Source: Trichodelitschia bisporula (lineage: Eukaryota). From it: a DNA stretch of 64,000 nucleotides. Below the pieces are notes generated by a model, which did no database searches, was not told where the DNA came from, and saw only the letters and a program-made list of their open reading frames with translations. The DNA is taken from positions 433,322 to 497,321 of the forward strand of contig ML996690.1 of the NCBI GenBank assembly GCA_010356995.1, read 5' to 3'. Position 1 is the stretch's first letter. Every line of letters starts with the position of its first letter. Both the position numbers and the translations under genes were made by a program. Shown in pieces: positions 35,700 to 48,255 of the stretch.

Positions 35700-37699
35700 A
35701 TGGATCCGGCACCCTTCCTCTCAGACCTGTCCGATGAAGGCTCCCTCGAATATTCCGACTTCAGCACACCGGAGGGGAGCCCGAGTTTGTGCCCGCTTTC
35801 GAGCGAAGGGACTCTGGAGTCGAACTATATGGCTGTAGATGACCTTTCAACTTCATCCGTAACACTTCGTAAGACTGGATCTGCTCCTCAAGACGACGTG
35901 CCTGTGATCCGCAAAGTATGTGTTATTGGTGCTGGCTACGTTGGTGAGTTCAAACCGGCAATTGCGTTTCCTTTCCTCTCTTAGTCTAAGATGATCTTCA
36001 TATTGCATCCACTGCTGAGCAATCAGACATTTAACAACATTCGCAGGTGGCCCAACAGCAGCCGTCCTTGCGCTGCACAACCCGCACATCGACTTCACCG
36101 TTCTCGACCGAGACCCCGCCCGTATCCGCCGCTGGAATTCCGGTCACCTTCCCATCCGCGAACCAGGATTGTCTGAGGTCGTCCGAGTCGCGCGTGACGG
36201 GTACACCAGCGACCCTGAACCGCTGGTGCAGAATCTCCGCCGGATAGATTCGAAACTTGACGCCCAGGACTACCAAGCTTCAGACCGGAAACCGAATCTG
36301 ATGTTTAGCACCGACACGCCAACCGTTCTTGCCGACGCCGACCTGGTATTCCTTGCGGTAAATACTCCGCCCAAAGCCACTGGCATAGGAGCCGGGGCCG
36401 CGAGCGATCTTTCCGCGCTGGAAGGCGCGGTCGCCGACATTGGGAAGTACGCGAAGGCGGGCACGATTGTTGTGGAAAAGAGCACGGTGCCCTGCGGAAC
36501 CGCACATGTGATAGAACAGCTCGTAAGCTTCCACATATTTCCTATCCATAAATCAATGCCCCTAACCCCCTCAGCTTTCTGCCTCCCGGCCCCAGACCCC
36601 TTTCTCCATCCTCTCCAACCCCGAATTCCTCTCCGAAGGCACCGCGCTCCGCAATCTCCTCCACCCCGATCGAATCCTAATCGGCGCACCTCGGACGCCC
36701 GCCGGCGCCCAAGCGACCCGCGCCCTCACCGCGCTCTACACACCCTTCATTCCACGCTCCAAAATCCTAGCCATCGACACCCGTTCCGCCGAGCTCGCCA
36801 AGCTAGCAGCCAACGCGTTCCTCGCCCAGCGCATCAGCAGCATCAACAGCCTGTCCGCGCTCTGTACCGCCACGGGCGCCGATGTGCACGAGGTCGCCGC
36901 AGCCGTGGGCGCAGACGCGCGTATCGGACCCGCGTTCCTAGGCGCTGGACTCGGGTTCGGCGGCTCCTGCTTCGGGAAGGATATCGCGAGCCTGGCGCAC
37001 ACAGCGCGCGCGCTGTACCTCCCAGACGTGGGCGCGTACTGGGCGAGCGTGCTGGAAGTCAACGTGGGGCAGCGGGTCCGCGCCGCGGGGCGCATTATCG
37101 CGAGGCTGAATAACAGCCTTGTGAGGAAGAAAGTGACGATCCTGGGGTTTGCGTATAAGAAGGGCACGGGCGATACGCGTGACAGCCTTGCGGTGCAGAT
37201 TGTGAGGATTTTGCTTGCGGAGCGCCCGGCTGAGATTGCGATTTTTGACCCCGCGTGTAGTCCGGCGGGGATTGAGCGGGAGATTGAGGGCCTGGGGCAT
37301 GAGGGACGGGTTAAGGTGTATACCGACCCGTACGCCGCGTGCCGCGATGCTAATGCGTTGCTTGTCGTTACGGACTGGGACATGTTCCGCAGTGGGTCAG
37401 CGGCGCGGGGAACGTATACGCTCGGGCCCGACGCCGGGGCGGTGCCGATACGGGCGGATGACAGCCGCATAGCTGTAGTGCCGCGCGGACACACCCTCGG
37501 CTCGGCGCCGGCGTGCGCGGATGAGTGTCCGGAGTGTGCGGCGCAGCGGGCAGATGGAGGTGCGATGGGCCGGCTGGATTGGGCGCGCGTGGCATATCAT
37601 CTTGCCGAGCCCCGATATGTGCTTGATGGGCGGGGAGTGCTGGGGAGGGAGGAGATGGGGCGGTTGGGGATTGAGGTTGAGGGGTTGGGGTGGGGGTAG
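35700..37699 (+). CDS. UDP-glucose 6-dehydrogenase
   Basis: Introns near 35944-36046 and 36523-36574. VIGAGYVGGPT, LPIREPGL, AVNTP, VEKSTVP, SNPEFL, AELAKLAANAFLAQRISSIN, catalytic GFGGSCFGKD, LGFAYKKGTGDTRDS, DGRG. Confidence 0.92.
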
Positions 37700-37937
37700 G
37701 GAAGGGGAGGGGAGTGAAAGGTGGTTTGGAAGGGGAGGGAGTTTGGTTTATGGGATGGGAGAGGTGGGATTTCATGGATCAACTCCATGTGGTCGTTGGT
37801 GTGGTGCATAGGAGACCAGGAGCGTCCGCCTCCGAGTAATCAAGTTCCGAAGTAAGCGATTCGCCTTTCAACAGTTACAGTGAAGTATCATGGGCCCCAT
37901 CAGCCTCACCCGGCACAGTATCCCACACTCCATGACC

Positions 37938-38960
37938 CTAGATCTTCGCCGCCGCCCTCGCTTTCCCCCGCCAGCCACTCCTCGTCGCACCACCATCCAA
38001 CTCAATCACGTTGCCAGTCATATGGGCCGAGCCCAGGGAGCTGAGGAACAAAATCACGCCCGCAAAATCACTCGGCTTGCCAATCCGCCCCGTCGGCTGG
38101 CCCGCCGTAAGCGTGTCCTCGAACTTCTCAATGCCGAAGCTCGTCATCCGCGAGGGGAACACGCCACTGCCAGCGTCAGCACTCAACCAAAACCGAGAGC
38201 GCTATGGGGGAACCTACGGGCACACGCAGTTAACCATGATGTTCTTCGGCGCCAACTTGCTCGCCTGAATCCGGCTGAGATGCACACACGCCGCCTTACT
38301 CGGGCCATCTGTCCTCGTCAGTCTACCCTCAAACACCACAAGGGGCCCACGTACAGCTAAACGTCCCATGCCCCGGCGCACTCAGACCCCCACTCTCCGT
38401 ACTCGTAACATCCCCCGTCATAATCGCCGCCATACTCGCAATATTAATAACCCTGCTCGGGGTATCCGGGCTCGCCCCCTTCAGCAGCAATGGCTCCAAG
38501 CCAGCCGTCGTGTAAAAGATAGACTTGACATTCAGCGCCATGATCTTGTCCCACCCGCTCTCCGGGAAATCATCGTAGGGCGCGCCCCATGTCGCGCCAC
38601 TGTTGTTCAGTAGCACGGTGAGGCGATCGGTGCGCCGCTTGGTCTCGGCGACGAGCGCGTCGCAGCCCGCGCGGTCTTTGAGGTCCGCGACTATGTACTC
38701 GCATTTGCCGGGGCCGAGGGCGTTGAGCCGGTCTGCCGTCTGGGGGCCCGCGGGTTAGCTGCTATGTTTAGGTTTTGCGGAGTGTAAGGCACCTTCTTCA
38801 ACTCGCTCTCCTTGCGAGAGGCAATGATGACGCGCGCGCCGTTCTGCACAAACGCCTGCGCGGCCATTTCGCCTAGCCCCGAGGCCCCGCCCGTCACCAG
38901 CGCGATGTGGTTGCGGAAGTCGAAGAGGTTGGAGACGTGTAGGTTGGTGGTAGAGGTCAT
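37938..38960 (-). CDS. Short-chain dehydrogenase/reductase (RhlG/FabG-like), multi-exon
   Basis: ALVTGGASGLG, IIASRK, LLNNSGATWG, INIASMAA, YGPSKAA in the spliced frame, PGVFPSRM, GNVIELDGG. Confidence 0.88.
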
Positions 38961-39594
38961 TTTGACTGATTGGGTTCAAGAATCAAGTATTGTAGGGTGA
39001 GAGAGGGGAACGATGGCGAAGTGTTGCGGCTTATGTTCACTTCTCCAGATTTCCCCACCGCGCGGCTCAGATGCGGAGGTGAGGTGGAGGCTACCCCGGC
39101 GCCAACCTCGGCATTGCGCTCCAGAGAAGATGTACCCCAGACACACGGGCGCTGCTGCTCCACTCATTGAAGGGCAACGCGCAGGGGTGCGGTTGAGGTG
39201 CTTAACGGCATCTCCTGCACACGCTTATAAATGACGAGAACCATGGACGCCAGTAATCACGCCCGCGAATCTCATGAACCGTTTCTAGGTCAAGCGCACA
39301 TCTCAAGAACCTACAACTATCATATCACAGTGTACTAAGTGTATATTACAAGCGCGACCTCGCCGTCTAATCAACAAGCCGCATCGCTCATAACGCCCGC
39401 CTAAGACGATAGGCACACCAAGGGGGAGGGGGAGAGAGGGGGAGGGGGAGAGTGGAGAACTGGGAGGGAAAAGGGCAGGGGGTAGCGCAACCATGACAAT
39501 AATAATCCACGAGATTCAGAAAGGATGCATGATCATACAAAGCTTTCCTTCCTATTACTCGCTCCGCCCCTCACTCGGCCTTCCATACCGTCCT

Positions 39595-42500
39595 CTATTC
39601 CCCAGACTCCTCATCATTATCGGTGAAGTAGTCAAAGTCATCTGGCAGAACGGCAAACGGTTGACCATCGTGCTCTTCATCCTCATCCACGGCCGTGAGG
39701 ACACCGGCAGCCGCTGCCGCGCCAGTCAGCCCCGAACCTGCAGTCTGCCGCACGGGCGTCTGCGGTGAGTCCCCGCTTAGCGCAGAGGCGAACGCAGTGC
39801 GAGTCGAAGGCTCTGGCTGGGCGGGGGCCTTCTTCAACTTGCGCTCGAGGAGCGTCTTGGGTTCCGAAGGCTTCGAGTCGTAGACAAGAACCACGCCTCC
39901 CGTCGGCTGCAGCTTGTTAGAACAGTTACTCGAGATACGAGAGAACCATACCTTCTTCACCGGCACGTAACGGTCACCCGGGAAGCTGATGTACTTGAGC
40001 TGCGAAGGCAGAACCCTCGACATGTTCTCGAGGTCGTAGCCGACCTTCTCCTTCTCCACCTTCTTCCTCGTCGTCTCCTTCTCTGCTTCGGCCTTCTCCT
40101 CCTTGGCCTTGGCATCATCGTCGATGTCCATCTTGTCCTCCTCCGGCGCCGCAACCTTCGGCGTCGTCGGCGTCTGGTCAACTTCCATGCTCGTGCTCTC
40201 CCGTGCCTGCTGGCGCTCCTTGGCCTGCTTTCTCCGCTTGGCCTGCGCCGTCGTCGAAAGCACAGCCGTCTTGACCTTCTCCGGCGCCTCCTCGGCCTTG
40301 ACCTCCTGCTCGGGCGGGTAGTCAAACATGCTAGGCCGCGTGGCGCTGTGGAACTTGAAGCTCGGTATCTCGAGGTTCTCGTCGACAGCGATGATAGACG
40401 TAGGAATGAACGCTAGGGAAAGGAAGTGCGTCATGGGGAACCAGTACCAGTATTGCGTGAACAGCGCCATGCCAATGATGGCGGTCATGTTAAGGTTACC
40501 GGTCTGGGTCTGCATGCCAATGGTGCAGTTGCGGCCACCGGCGTCGATGATACCCAGAGCAAGAGCACAGCCGAATTTGGCCATGGCGTCCTCATGGCGC
40601 TCGCCGATGGCCTTCTGCAGCATCTTGCGGATGCTGGCCACCTTCGGGTTCATGGCTTCGTTTTGCTGGACCATGATCATGGCAAGCGAGATGAGCGCAC
40701 CCTGGCGGACAAAGTCGACCGAGTCCTTCATCATGGGCTCGAGCAAATCGATCGCCTCGTCCAGACCGGTGCCAGCGCACGCAATACCCAGGGCCATGGT
40801 CGCGCCATACCGAACGTGAGGGTTGTACGACTCGGCCAAGAGTTCCACCATACGGGGCACGCTGGCAGGCTTGCGGAAGAGCACAAAACCCAAGCTCATG
40901 ACGGCAGCGCGGCGGACATCGTCACTGACATCGCTGACGGCGACGTGGAGAAGCTTGCGGACAGCCTTGTTGCTCCCAGAACCGCAGTAAGCCAGCGCGA
41001 TGGTCATAATACCGCCGTACCTCAGCGATGGGTCGGGATCGTCGAGCAGACCGTTGATCAGCTCATCTGCAGCCTCTTGGCGAGCATACATGACCAAAGC
41101 CATGCCCATGCCCAGGCCGCGGATGATCTTCTCGTGCTTGGTGTCATGAGCATACTGGATCATATCCTCGAGCACCTTAATGCTGCCCGTTCCCGCGTTG
41201 ATCAAGCCCATGGCCACACCGACAGCCTCTCCGTTGATCGCAGAGTCGGAGTAGAGCACGGTCTTAAGCTCCTCGTAGATGGTCTCAGAACCGGTACCCA
41301 TGCCCGCCACACCCATGCCGAGCGCACCGCCGTGCTGAACAACCTCCTCTCGCGCGTCAGTGAAATGCTTCTGGAGGTAATCCAGCACATGGGCTCCGTG
41401 GTTGGCGTAGATGAGGCCCAGAGCATAGAGCGAACCTCCCTGGCTGTACACCGAACCCCCGGACATGGTATTCTCCTTTGGCAGATACGGCTCAAGCAGC
41501 TTCTTGCCTTGGCTAATGTTGCCACGGTGGATCACGCCCAAAGCAGCGGTAGCAGTGAACTTGGACCAGTTCACAGCCTTGCCAAGCCACTCCAAATTCT
41601 CACGGAAAAATGAGTCGTTGGTAGTGCCGGAGTTCATGAAGGCATTGGCAAACGTGACAGCCGTGTGGAAGATGGAGTTACGCGCCTCCAAACTTTCCCG
41701 CACCTTGTTCAAAATGCTCTTATCGGCGCGGTTGTTGCGATACAAGAACTCCAAGTTGAGCTCGATGCTCTTGGAGCCCTCCAGGATTTGCTTGATCGAG
41801 GAGTAGGCCTTACGCTCCTCTTCAGTCGGTTCCCGCTGCTTCGTTCTCGAGACCATGGTGGTCTCTCCACTCGATCCGTCTACGTCTCCAAGCAGATGGT
41901 CGGTTTCCCTAGGTTCATCGGACTTAGGACCATGTGCACTGCCGTTGGCGGCCGGGGCTTCCTCCTTCTTCTCGGCATCAGGGATTTCCTTCATGACCTT
42001 TGAAAGGAACTCCTGGGTCCCGTTGTCGTAAAGGTCGAAAGAGAGCTGGTAGGCGATCGCACGAGACCGCGCGTCGCCGCGGTTAACCAGGTGCTTCAGC
42101 ATGTTCGAGGCCATCGAGTGTTGGTCGAGGTATACGACGCACTTCGCAATGGAGAAGTAGTCTGGGTTCGGAATGTCGTTCAGTAGGTCAAGGATGAGGC
42201 GAAGAATCTAACAAGTCAACCAACGAGTGACTGAAGTAGTAGGATACCATACCTCATTGCGCAGACCCCGCTCCTGCACCACGTTCATGCAAATGTCCAG
42301 AACATACTCCATAAGCTCCTTGCCCTTGCCAGCTTGACTCTCTTCCGGTTCCTCCTTGCTGGCCCGAAGAATAGCCTCCCGCAGCACTTCGAGATTCCGA
42401 GCCTCGATAGCAATGCCAACGACCTGGCGGTAATTTCCAGTCTTATAACAGGACTCGAACAACCGGCGGATGATGCTATGAAGCTGCTTCTGTGCGCTAC

Positions 42501-43250
42501 GCTGGAGGAATGACGAAGAACCCGCAAACGTTACATCTTCTCCTTCTGCCGTCTTTACGCCCGATGAGGATTCCGGACGCGAAAGAAGGGACTTTGAAGG
42601 GAGCGTAGAGTGCGAAAAAGGCGTCGTGGGAGACACCAAGGCAGCGGCCTGGCTAGCACTCCCGTTCTCCTTGGATGTGAAGGACGTTGTCAGCTTGATG
42701 TCATCGGGGTTGCCTGAGGGCGCAGGCGTCGGAGGATGGTGCATAGCGGACAGAAGGATATAAGTGTCGATGCACTTGGCTATTTCCTACGTTAGCTTCA
42801 GATCCACGCCGCAAGGGCCGGTGTGTGCATACTGATGATGGTATTCTCGTACTCGCCGGGCGAATCCAGGTTGAAGAGCTTGCCGGCGCAAAGCGCGAAC
42901 TGCATGCTCTCATTGTACTCTTGAAGCTGGTAATACACCTTGGATGCAACCAGAGCCGCCATTTCGCGCTCGGGAAACGATTCATCTTCGTACAGCGCCT
43001 CTCTAGGTGGCGTTAGAGCGAGTCCGGCAAAGCCCACAGGCGCAACTCGCCATGTCTGCCTATGAGACGACACGGCGAGGCAGCACTGGGCGCGATAGCT
43101 ATACACTCACATTTGGTCTATCGATGCAGAAACCTCCGGCCACAAGTAGTCGATCTCGTTGTTGAGCTTGTGCAGGGCGTAGCGTTGGATCGGAGTCACA
43201 GGCTCTGACAGGAGGCCAACCAGGCCGGCTGCAGAAGTCAGACCGGCCAT
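39595..43250 (-). CDS. RPN2: 26S proteasome regulatory subunit Rpn2
   Basis: MAGLTSAAGLVGLLSEP start; introns 43110..43003, about 42829..42781, about 42252..42208, and 39951..39907. FFRENLEWLGKAVNWSKFTATAALGVIH, PC repeats, VSDVSDDVRRAAV, ESYNPHVRYG, AVLSTTA. Confidence 0.97.
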
Positions 43251-44832
43251 CTCGGACAGCTGGAGTGAGTAGCCGCGATGACGGTCGCTCTACTAAAGTA
43301 GCTGGAAATGAAAAGGGGGCCGAAGGAAGCACGTCGATGACGGTTTCGGAAGTCAGGCGGTGGTGACGACGTTTGGGGAGTGTGGTGTTTTAGGGACTGG
43401 GGGCGGCGTGGAAGCGCAGGCAGATCTGACGCGATTTAAAGGGTTTGTGAAGGAGGGTTGGAAGACAGTTTTGCGAACAAGAAGACGATGGCGAATGCGA
43501 GGTGGTGATGTGCTGTTCCAATCGTCAAGATCAGAGCTGTTGCTAGCTGTCGGGCGAACACAGACGCGATTCACCATGGCAGGAGGAGGGCAAGGTCACG
43601 CCGCGAGCGAGCTTGGCGCTCCAGAGCTTTGTCATCGTCTGAAGTGCCTTAGCGCCTTGTGGGTGCAGATATAAATAATCCTGCGGCTCTGCAGCATTCT
43701 ACGCGCTACCATTCACGACACAAGCGAGCACTTGAGTATGGTAAATACGGATGTACTGCTGCAGATTCTCGGTTTACTGTGGATTACGTCACTTCCTATT
43801 CATGCAGATAAAGACCTCCTCGCAGTACTTTGCAAAGGCACCGCGCTCTTCCTTATTAGCTACGCTCCCACAGAGCTATCGACTGTGCTCCAACTTTTGA
43901 TCCCTGAACCAGAACCAGGGACTTGACCAACGCACCCAGACCATGGCCGATTTCGGCTCGGGACATATTATTCAAATCAGTGGTTAGGCCGTGAGGTCAC
44001 TCTACCACAGTCCTAATGCCAGCTTGATCAGTGGCCGGTTAGGATTGCTAGCCGCCTATCGGATCAAAGACTGGAACTCCAGTAAATTGTACATCCGTAG
44101 TCGGTGAACATAGATGGCTCAAGGGCAACATCAAGAAAGTCATAGCCACTCTGCGTGAGCGTTTTTGCAGACGTTGATGGCTACGACAGTTCTATGTTGC
44201 CCTTAGCTGTTCCAGCGCACGTAGCATACAGTAATCCTGCCGAGAGACTGCAATGTACAGAAGTGTGTAGGATGGGGACTTGAGGGAGATCAACGACTGT
44301 GTCCTTCCGCCTTTGCCATCGGCGCTCTGGCAAGGAAAGGCGTGAAGAGAAATAGAATATGAAAGAGCAAACCATCGTCAACTGCTGCCCCCTTCAGGCC
44401 CCAAGACCCACAAAAAAGAAGTCACAGCCGCCGTGCCTAGGCATATTTGCAGAGTACACCGGTCATAACCTTTTTTCCGGATCCTTGCCCTTTGTTTACG
44501 CGATGGATCAAAGATGATCCGCGAAACTCCTCGTGCCGCAGAGAGCAAGCCAAGCCGTTTTCGTCAAAGGCAATCTCTCATTGCTTAGCGGCGCGCGCGA
44601 GCCCCATCCCCGTCCACCGACGCATCGCATAGTTAATCCACGCTTTGGCGAACAGCTATCCGCCACTCTTCGTCATTCACGCGTCGTGCCCCCCGACCCT
44701 CTCACTAGGGGAAAGGGACGGATTCACCTACCAGAATACGTTCGGGTTGCACCACCGTCTCTTACGTAGTAGGACCTTGCGCACGCGCATCCGCTCCCTC
44801 TACCTATCCCTCTTCCGCCCCCTCCCCCCACA

Positions 44833-46191
44833 ATGGACCTATCCTCTCTCCTTAACCCCGCCGGTGACACCGGTGCGAAGAAACCTCAAGTTCCCCAGCG
44901 CACGGCTTCTCTTGCACCACCCCTCCAACACCATTCACCTACAACTCCACTTCTTCAACGCCAGGCCTCCCTCCCCACCTTTCCCACCATACAGTCCCCC
45001 ATGGAAGCTCTTCGACAATCGCCTCCTGACCCTCACCCCTTTCAGGAACAAAGCTCCAGTGTGAGCCCGAAAACGGTTATGTCCCGGAAGCGGAGTGGTT
45101 CAGCCGTCGACATGATCCAGCCTCCTCCCCCACCCAAAAAGCGTCGGCATGAGATTCCCATATGGGCTGTGAGAGAGGATTCTAAGAAGGCACGTCAACT
45201 CAAGACCAACGACCGGCAACCCAGACATCCCTCGCCGTTGCAACAAGCCCCAAATGCTGCAGCACCTCCTGCTACGGCTGCACCCCCTCCGGTCACCACT
45301 CCACAAGTCGAAGCTACCCCCCTCGTGGAGCGCAGCCTCGACAACATCAAACCGTACAATGATCTCGTGCGTGTCGTGGCCAACTTCCTCTGGGAGAGCG
45401 TCATCTTGGGTCCCAGACTTGGCTCCGAGGGCCACGTTGAGATTGAAGCCAAGCTTGGTACCCTGATCGATATGGACACTGGCGAGCGCCTCAACCTCCC
45501 AATTAGGTCAGAGGCCGTCGTCGCGCCGTCAACCGGTCGCACACGCTTCCAGAGTCTCATGAGTATCCAACAGCACAAGGCACTGAACGAATACCTCAAC
45601 ATTGCGGCGCGCAAATCTCTCGAGGGGAACCGTGTGCCGATTGAGTACGTGCATCTTTATGAAATGGATACCCTCTACCTTCTCCCCGACGCCTTCATCT
45701 CGTCGCTGTCGCCGGTCACTCAAGAGGTCCTTAGTCGGAGCAAGAATAGGCATCATCGCGTACGTGTCACTAGGGACCAAAAGACCAAGGAAGTCAAGGC
45801 CACAATCATCAAGGTCCGCCTTGCCGATCTTGAAGTGTACTGTCCGAATGACCCCTTCGACTACCGCATCAGCGTCGCGGCTGAAATCAACTACCCCCAC
45901 CCCATTGACGGCCTCGTTGAGTACACGGAACAGGGAGCGTCAACGGCGCGGGGCAAGGATCGGTTGACGTACAAGCACCAGAGCTTCCAAGTCGACCTGA
46001 CCCAGGTCACGCAAAAGACCAACGCTTCCAAAATCCACGAGCTCGAAGTGGAAATGGATGTTAATCAGCTGTACGCACAGGCCGCCCTCGTTCAACAGAA
46101 CTTGCCTAGCCAGTACGAGAAGTACGTCAAGGCTTTCCTCAACTATGTCACCGTCACCAGGCGGGCGGGCCAGGATTCAATGGGGAATTGA
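44833..46191 (+). CDS. CET1: mRNA 5'-triphosphatase (capping enzyme beta subunit, CYTH/TTM family)
   Basis: 452-aa ORF with EIEAKLG, RVRVT, DYRIS, RGKDRLTY, VDLTQV, HELEVE, plus an upstream PIWA motif. Confidence 0.92.
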   Translation: MDLSSLLNPAGDTGAKKPQVPQRTASLAPPLQHHSPTTPLLQRQASLPTFPTIQSPMEALRQSPPDPHPFQEQSSSVSPKTVMSRKRSGSAVDMIQPPPPPKKRRHEIPIWAVREDSKKARQLKTNDRQPRHPSPLQQAPNAAAPPATAAPPPVTTPQVEATPLVERSLDNIKPYNDLVRVVANFLWESVILGPRLGSEGHVEIEAKLGTLIDMDTGERLNLPIRSEAVVAPSTGRTRFQSLMSIQQHKALNEYLNIAARKSLEGNRVPIEYVHLYEMDTLYLLPDAFISSLSPVTQEVLSRSKNRHHRVRVTRDQKTKEVKATIIKVRLADLEVYCPNDPFDYRISVAAEINYPHPIDGLVEYTEQGASTARGKDRLTYKHQSFQVDLTQVTQKTNASKIHELEVEMDVNQLYAQAALVQQNLPSQYEKYVKAFLNYVTVTRRAGQDSMGN

Positions 46192-46755
46192 GGCGCGAAG
46201 GAACGTTGTGTGCACACGACAACGAGGACATAGCGCTTTGTGATGGCCACAAAGCCTCGAGAAGCAGCAAAACGGCCATCGATGTCATGAACACTTAGTC
46301 TCCAGCCCTCACCACTTGCGTTTTCTGCTTTCGGAGTTTGGGTTCGACAGGCGGTTAGGATGATGTTTTGGCCATTGATCTGCGGAGATACCATGAGAAG
46401 GGCGGTTTGTTCTGGCGTCGCTGAACGGTTGGACGGCGTATTGTTCGATGTTATGCATGCGTATGTGTAGTAATAGTGGACGACATTCTCCGATTCAAGA
46501 ATCAAGGTACAGAGGGATACGGGTTTTATGTAAGATGTACGGGAGGACAAATCTGCACTACAGTACGTTCAGTTTCATGTCACATGTGAAGGTGGACGTT
46601 GACAAGCCCTGTATGGAGAGGCGGTGGTGCCAAGGGTTATTGTGGCTTTTGCGTTTCCAGCACCACCAAACAACACCATTTATCCATTCAATCCGCCGTG
46701 CTTCGAGCAGCGACTCTATCCACGCCTGTCCCAGCAACCCGTCAATTGCGCCACC

Positions 46756-48255
46756 ATGCTCTTTCGCTCTGCAGCCCGATCCGGGTTGCAGGCACTGGAC
46801 ATTGGTGAGAGGCTCTGCCTTCCCTGCTGCCGGACTTTCTCGCTGCCCACGCCGCCGCTTCGGCGGGGCATCACCACCTCGGCCCACCGAACATATTACT
46901 TCTCGCATTCACATAGAACAGGCAAAGGCGCTCGCCATGCCGATTACTTCTGGCCTAACTCGGCCTTGAAAGAGCTCTTTGGAGCAGCAAGTCTCAGGAG
47001 CACTGTCAATGGCTTCAGAAAGCAGTCAACCATCCCCGCGGACACGACGGTAGCGAGTATCAAGGACGCATCGGCCGCTCAAAGTCCCGCTTCACCACCG
47101 CCACCACAGGAGGAGGAACCTCAACTGGATCTCAAAATTCCACCAAGCGCTCTCACAATCCCGCTCGATGCCTCCAACCGCCTTACTACTCTCTCCGCAC
47201 AGCTTCCTCGCAACTCATTTCGGCGCCTCTTTACAACCTACCTCTCCCTTTCCAAACCACGCCTAACCTTCCTTATCGTCCTCACTACAACAGCGGCTTA
47301 CAGTCTCTACCCCGTTCCTGCTCTCCTGCAGTCCTCCGCCACTGCCGCACCGACACTGAGCACCCTAACGCTCCTCTTTCTCACAACGGGCACGTTTTTG
47401 TGTTCTGCCTCCGCCAACACGCTCAACATGCTTATGGAGCCCGAACACGATGGCAAGATGTCTCGAACGCGCAACCGGCCGCTTGTGCGCAAGCTCCTCA
47501 CGTCGAGGGCCGCGTTGGTCTTCGCTACCGTTTGCGGAGTCACAGGCACAATTGCACTCTACGCAGGCGTTAACCCCACCACCGCCTTTCTCGGAGCTCT
47601 CAACATCTTTGTATATGCCGGCATGTACACGCCGCTCAAGCGCATCAGCGTGATGAACACATGGGTCGGTGCCGTGGTGGGCGGCATTCCGCCGCTAATG
47701 GGCTGGACGGCAGCCGCGGGACAGTGTGCGACTGGCGCAGGCGACTGGCACGAGCTACTCTTCGGCGAGGGTACTGCCGGTGGTTGGCTGCTGGCGGCGC
47801 TGCTGTTCTGCTGGCAGTTTCCACATTTCAATGCGTTGAGCTGGGGCATTCGGGAAGAGTACAAGAATGCGGGATACCGGATGATGGCGTGGACGAATCC
47901 GGCGCGGAACGCGCGGGTTGCGCTACGATACAGCGTCCTTTTCGTGCCAGTGTGCTTGGGGCTCGTGTGGTGCGGGGTCGTAGACAGATGGTTTTTGGTG
48001 CCGAGCACGGCGGTCAATGGCTGGGTGATTTGGGAGAGTTATCGCTTCTGGAAGTACGAGGGGAAGAAGGGGAGTGCGCGTGGCCTGTTTTGGGCGAGCG
48101 TATGGCACTTGCCCCTCGTGCTAGTGTTTGCGATGGTAATGAAGAAGGGGCTGTGGGAGAGGGTGTGGAGGGCAGCCGTAGGGGCGCCGCCAATGGAAGA
48201 CGACGAGTGGGAGGAGTATGAGGAGGGTGAGCTGGCGGATATTCTTGCGGACTAG
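46756..48255 (+). CDS. COX10: Protoheme IX farnesyltransferase (heme O synthase)
   Basis: ATG 46756 (ccaccATG) with presequence-like [71 protein letters not shown]. Confidence 0.95.
   Translation: MLFRSAARSGLQALDIGERLCLPCCRTFSLPTPPLRRGITTSAHRTYYFSHSHRTGKGARHADYFWPNSALKELFGAASLRSTVNGFRKQSTIPADTTVASIKDASAAQSPASPPPPQEEEPQLDLKIPPSALTIPLDASNRLTTLSAQLPRNSFRRLFTTYLSLSKPRLTFLIVLTTTAAYSLYPVPALLQSSATAAPTLSTLTLLFLTTGTFLCSASANTLNMLMEPEHDGKMSRTRNRPLVRKLLTSRAALVFATVCGVTGTIALYAGVNPTTAFLGALNIFVYAGMYTPLKRISVMNTWVGAVVGGIPPLMGWTAAAGQCATGAGDWHELLFGEGTAGGWLLAALLFCWQFPHFNALSWGIREEYKNAGYRMMAWTNPARNARVALRYSVLFVPVCLGLVWCGVVDRWFLVPSTAVNGWVIWESYRFWKYEGKKGSARGLFWASVWHLPLVLVFAMVMKKGLWERVWRAAVGAPPMEDDEWEEYEEGELADILAD

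Noticed and set aside
37938..38960. SDR as a third member of the GT4/UGD module
   Set aside because: It is convergent, has its own promoter and belongs to a common family. Adjacency alone is not evidence.
40426..41613. 395-aa plus-strand ORF
   Set aside because: Antisense shadow of RPN2.
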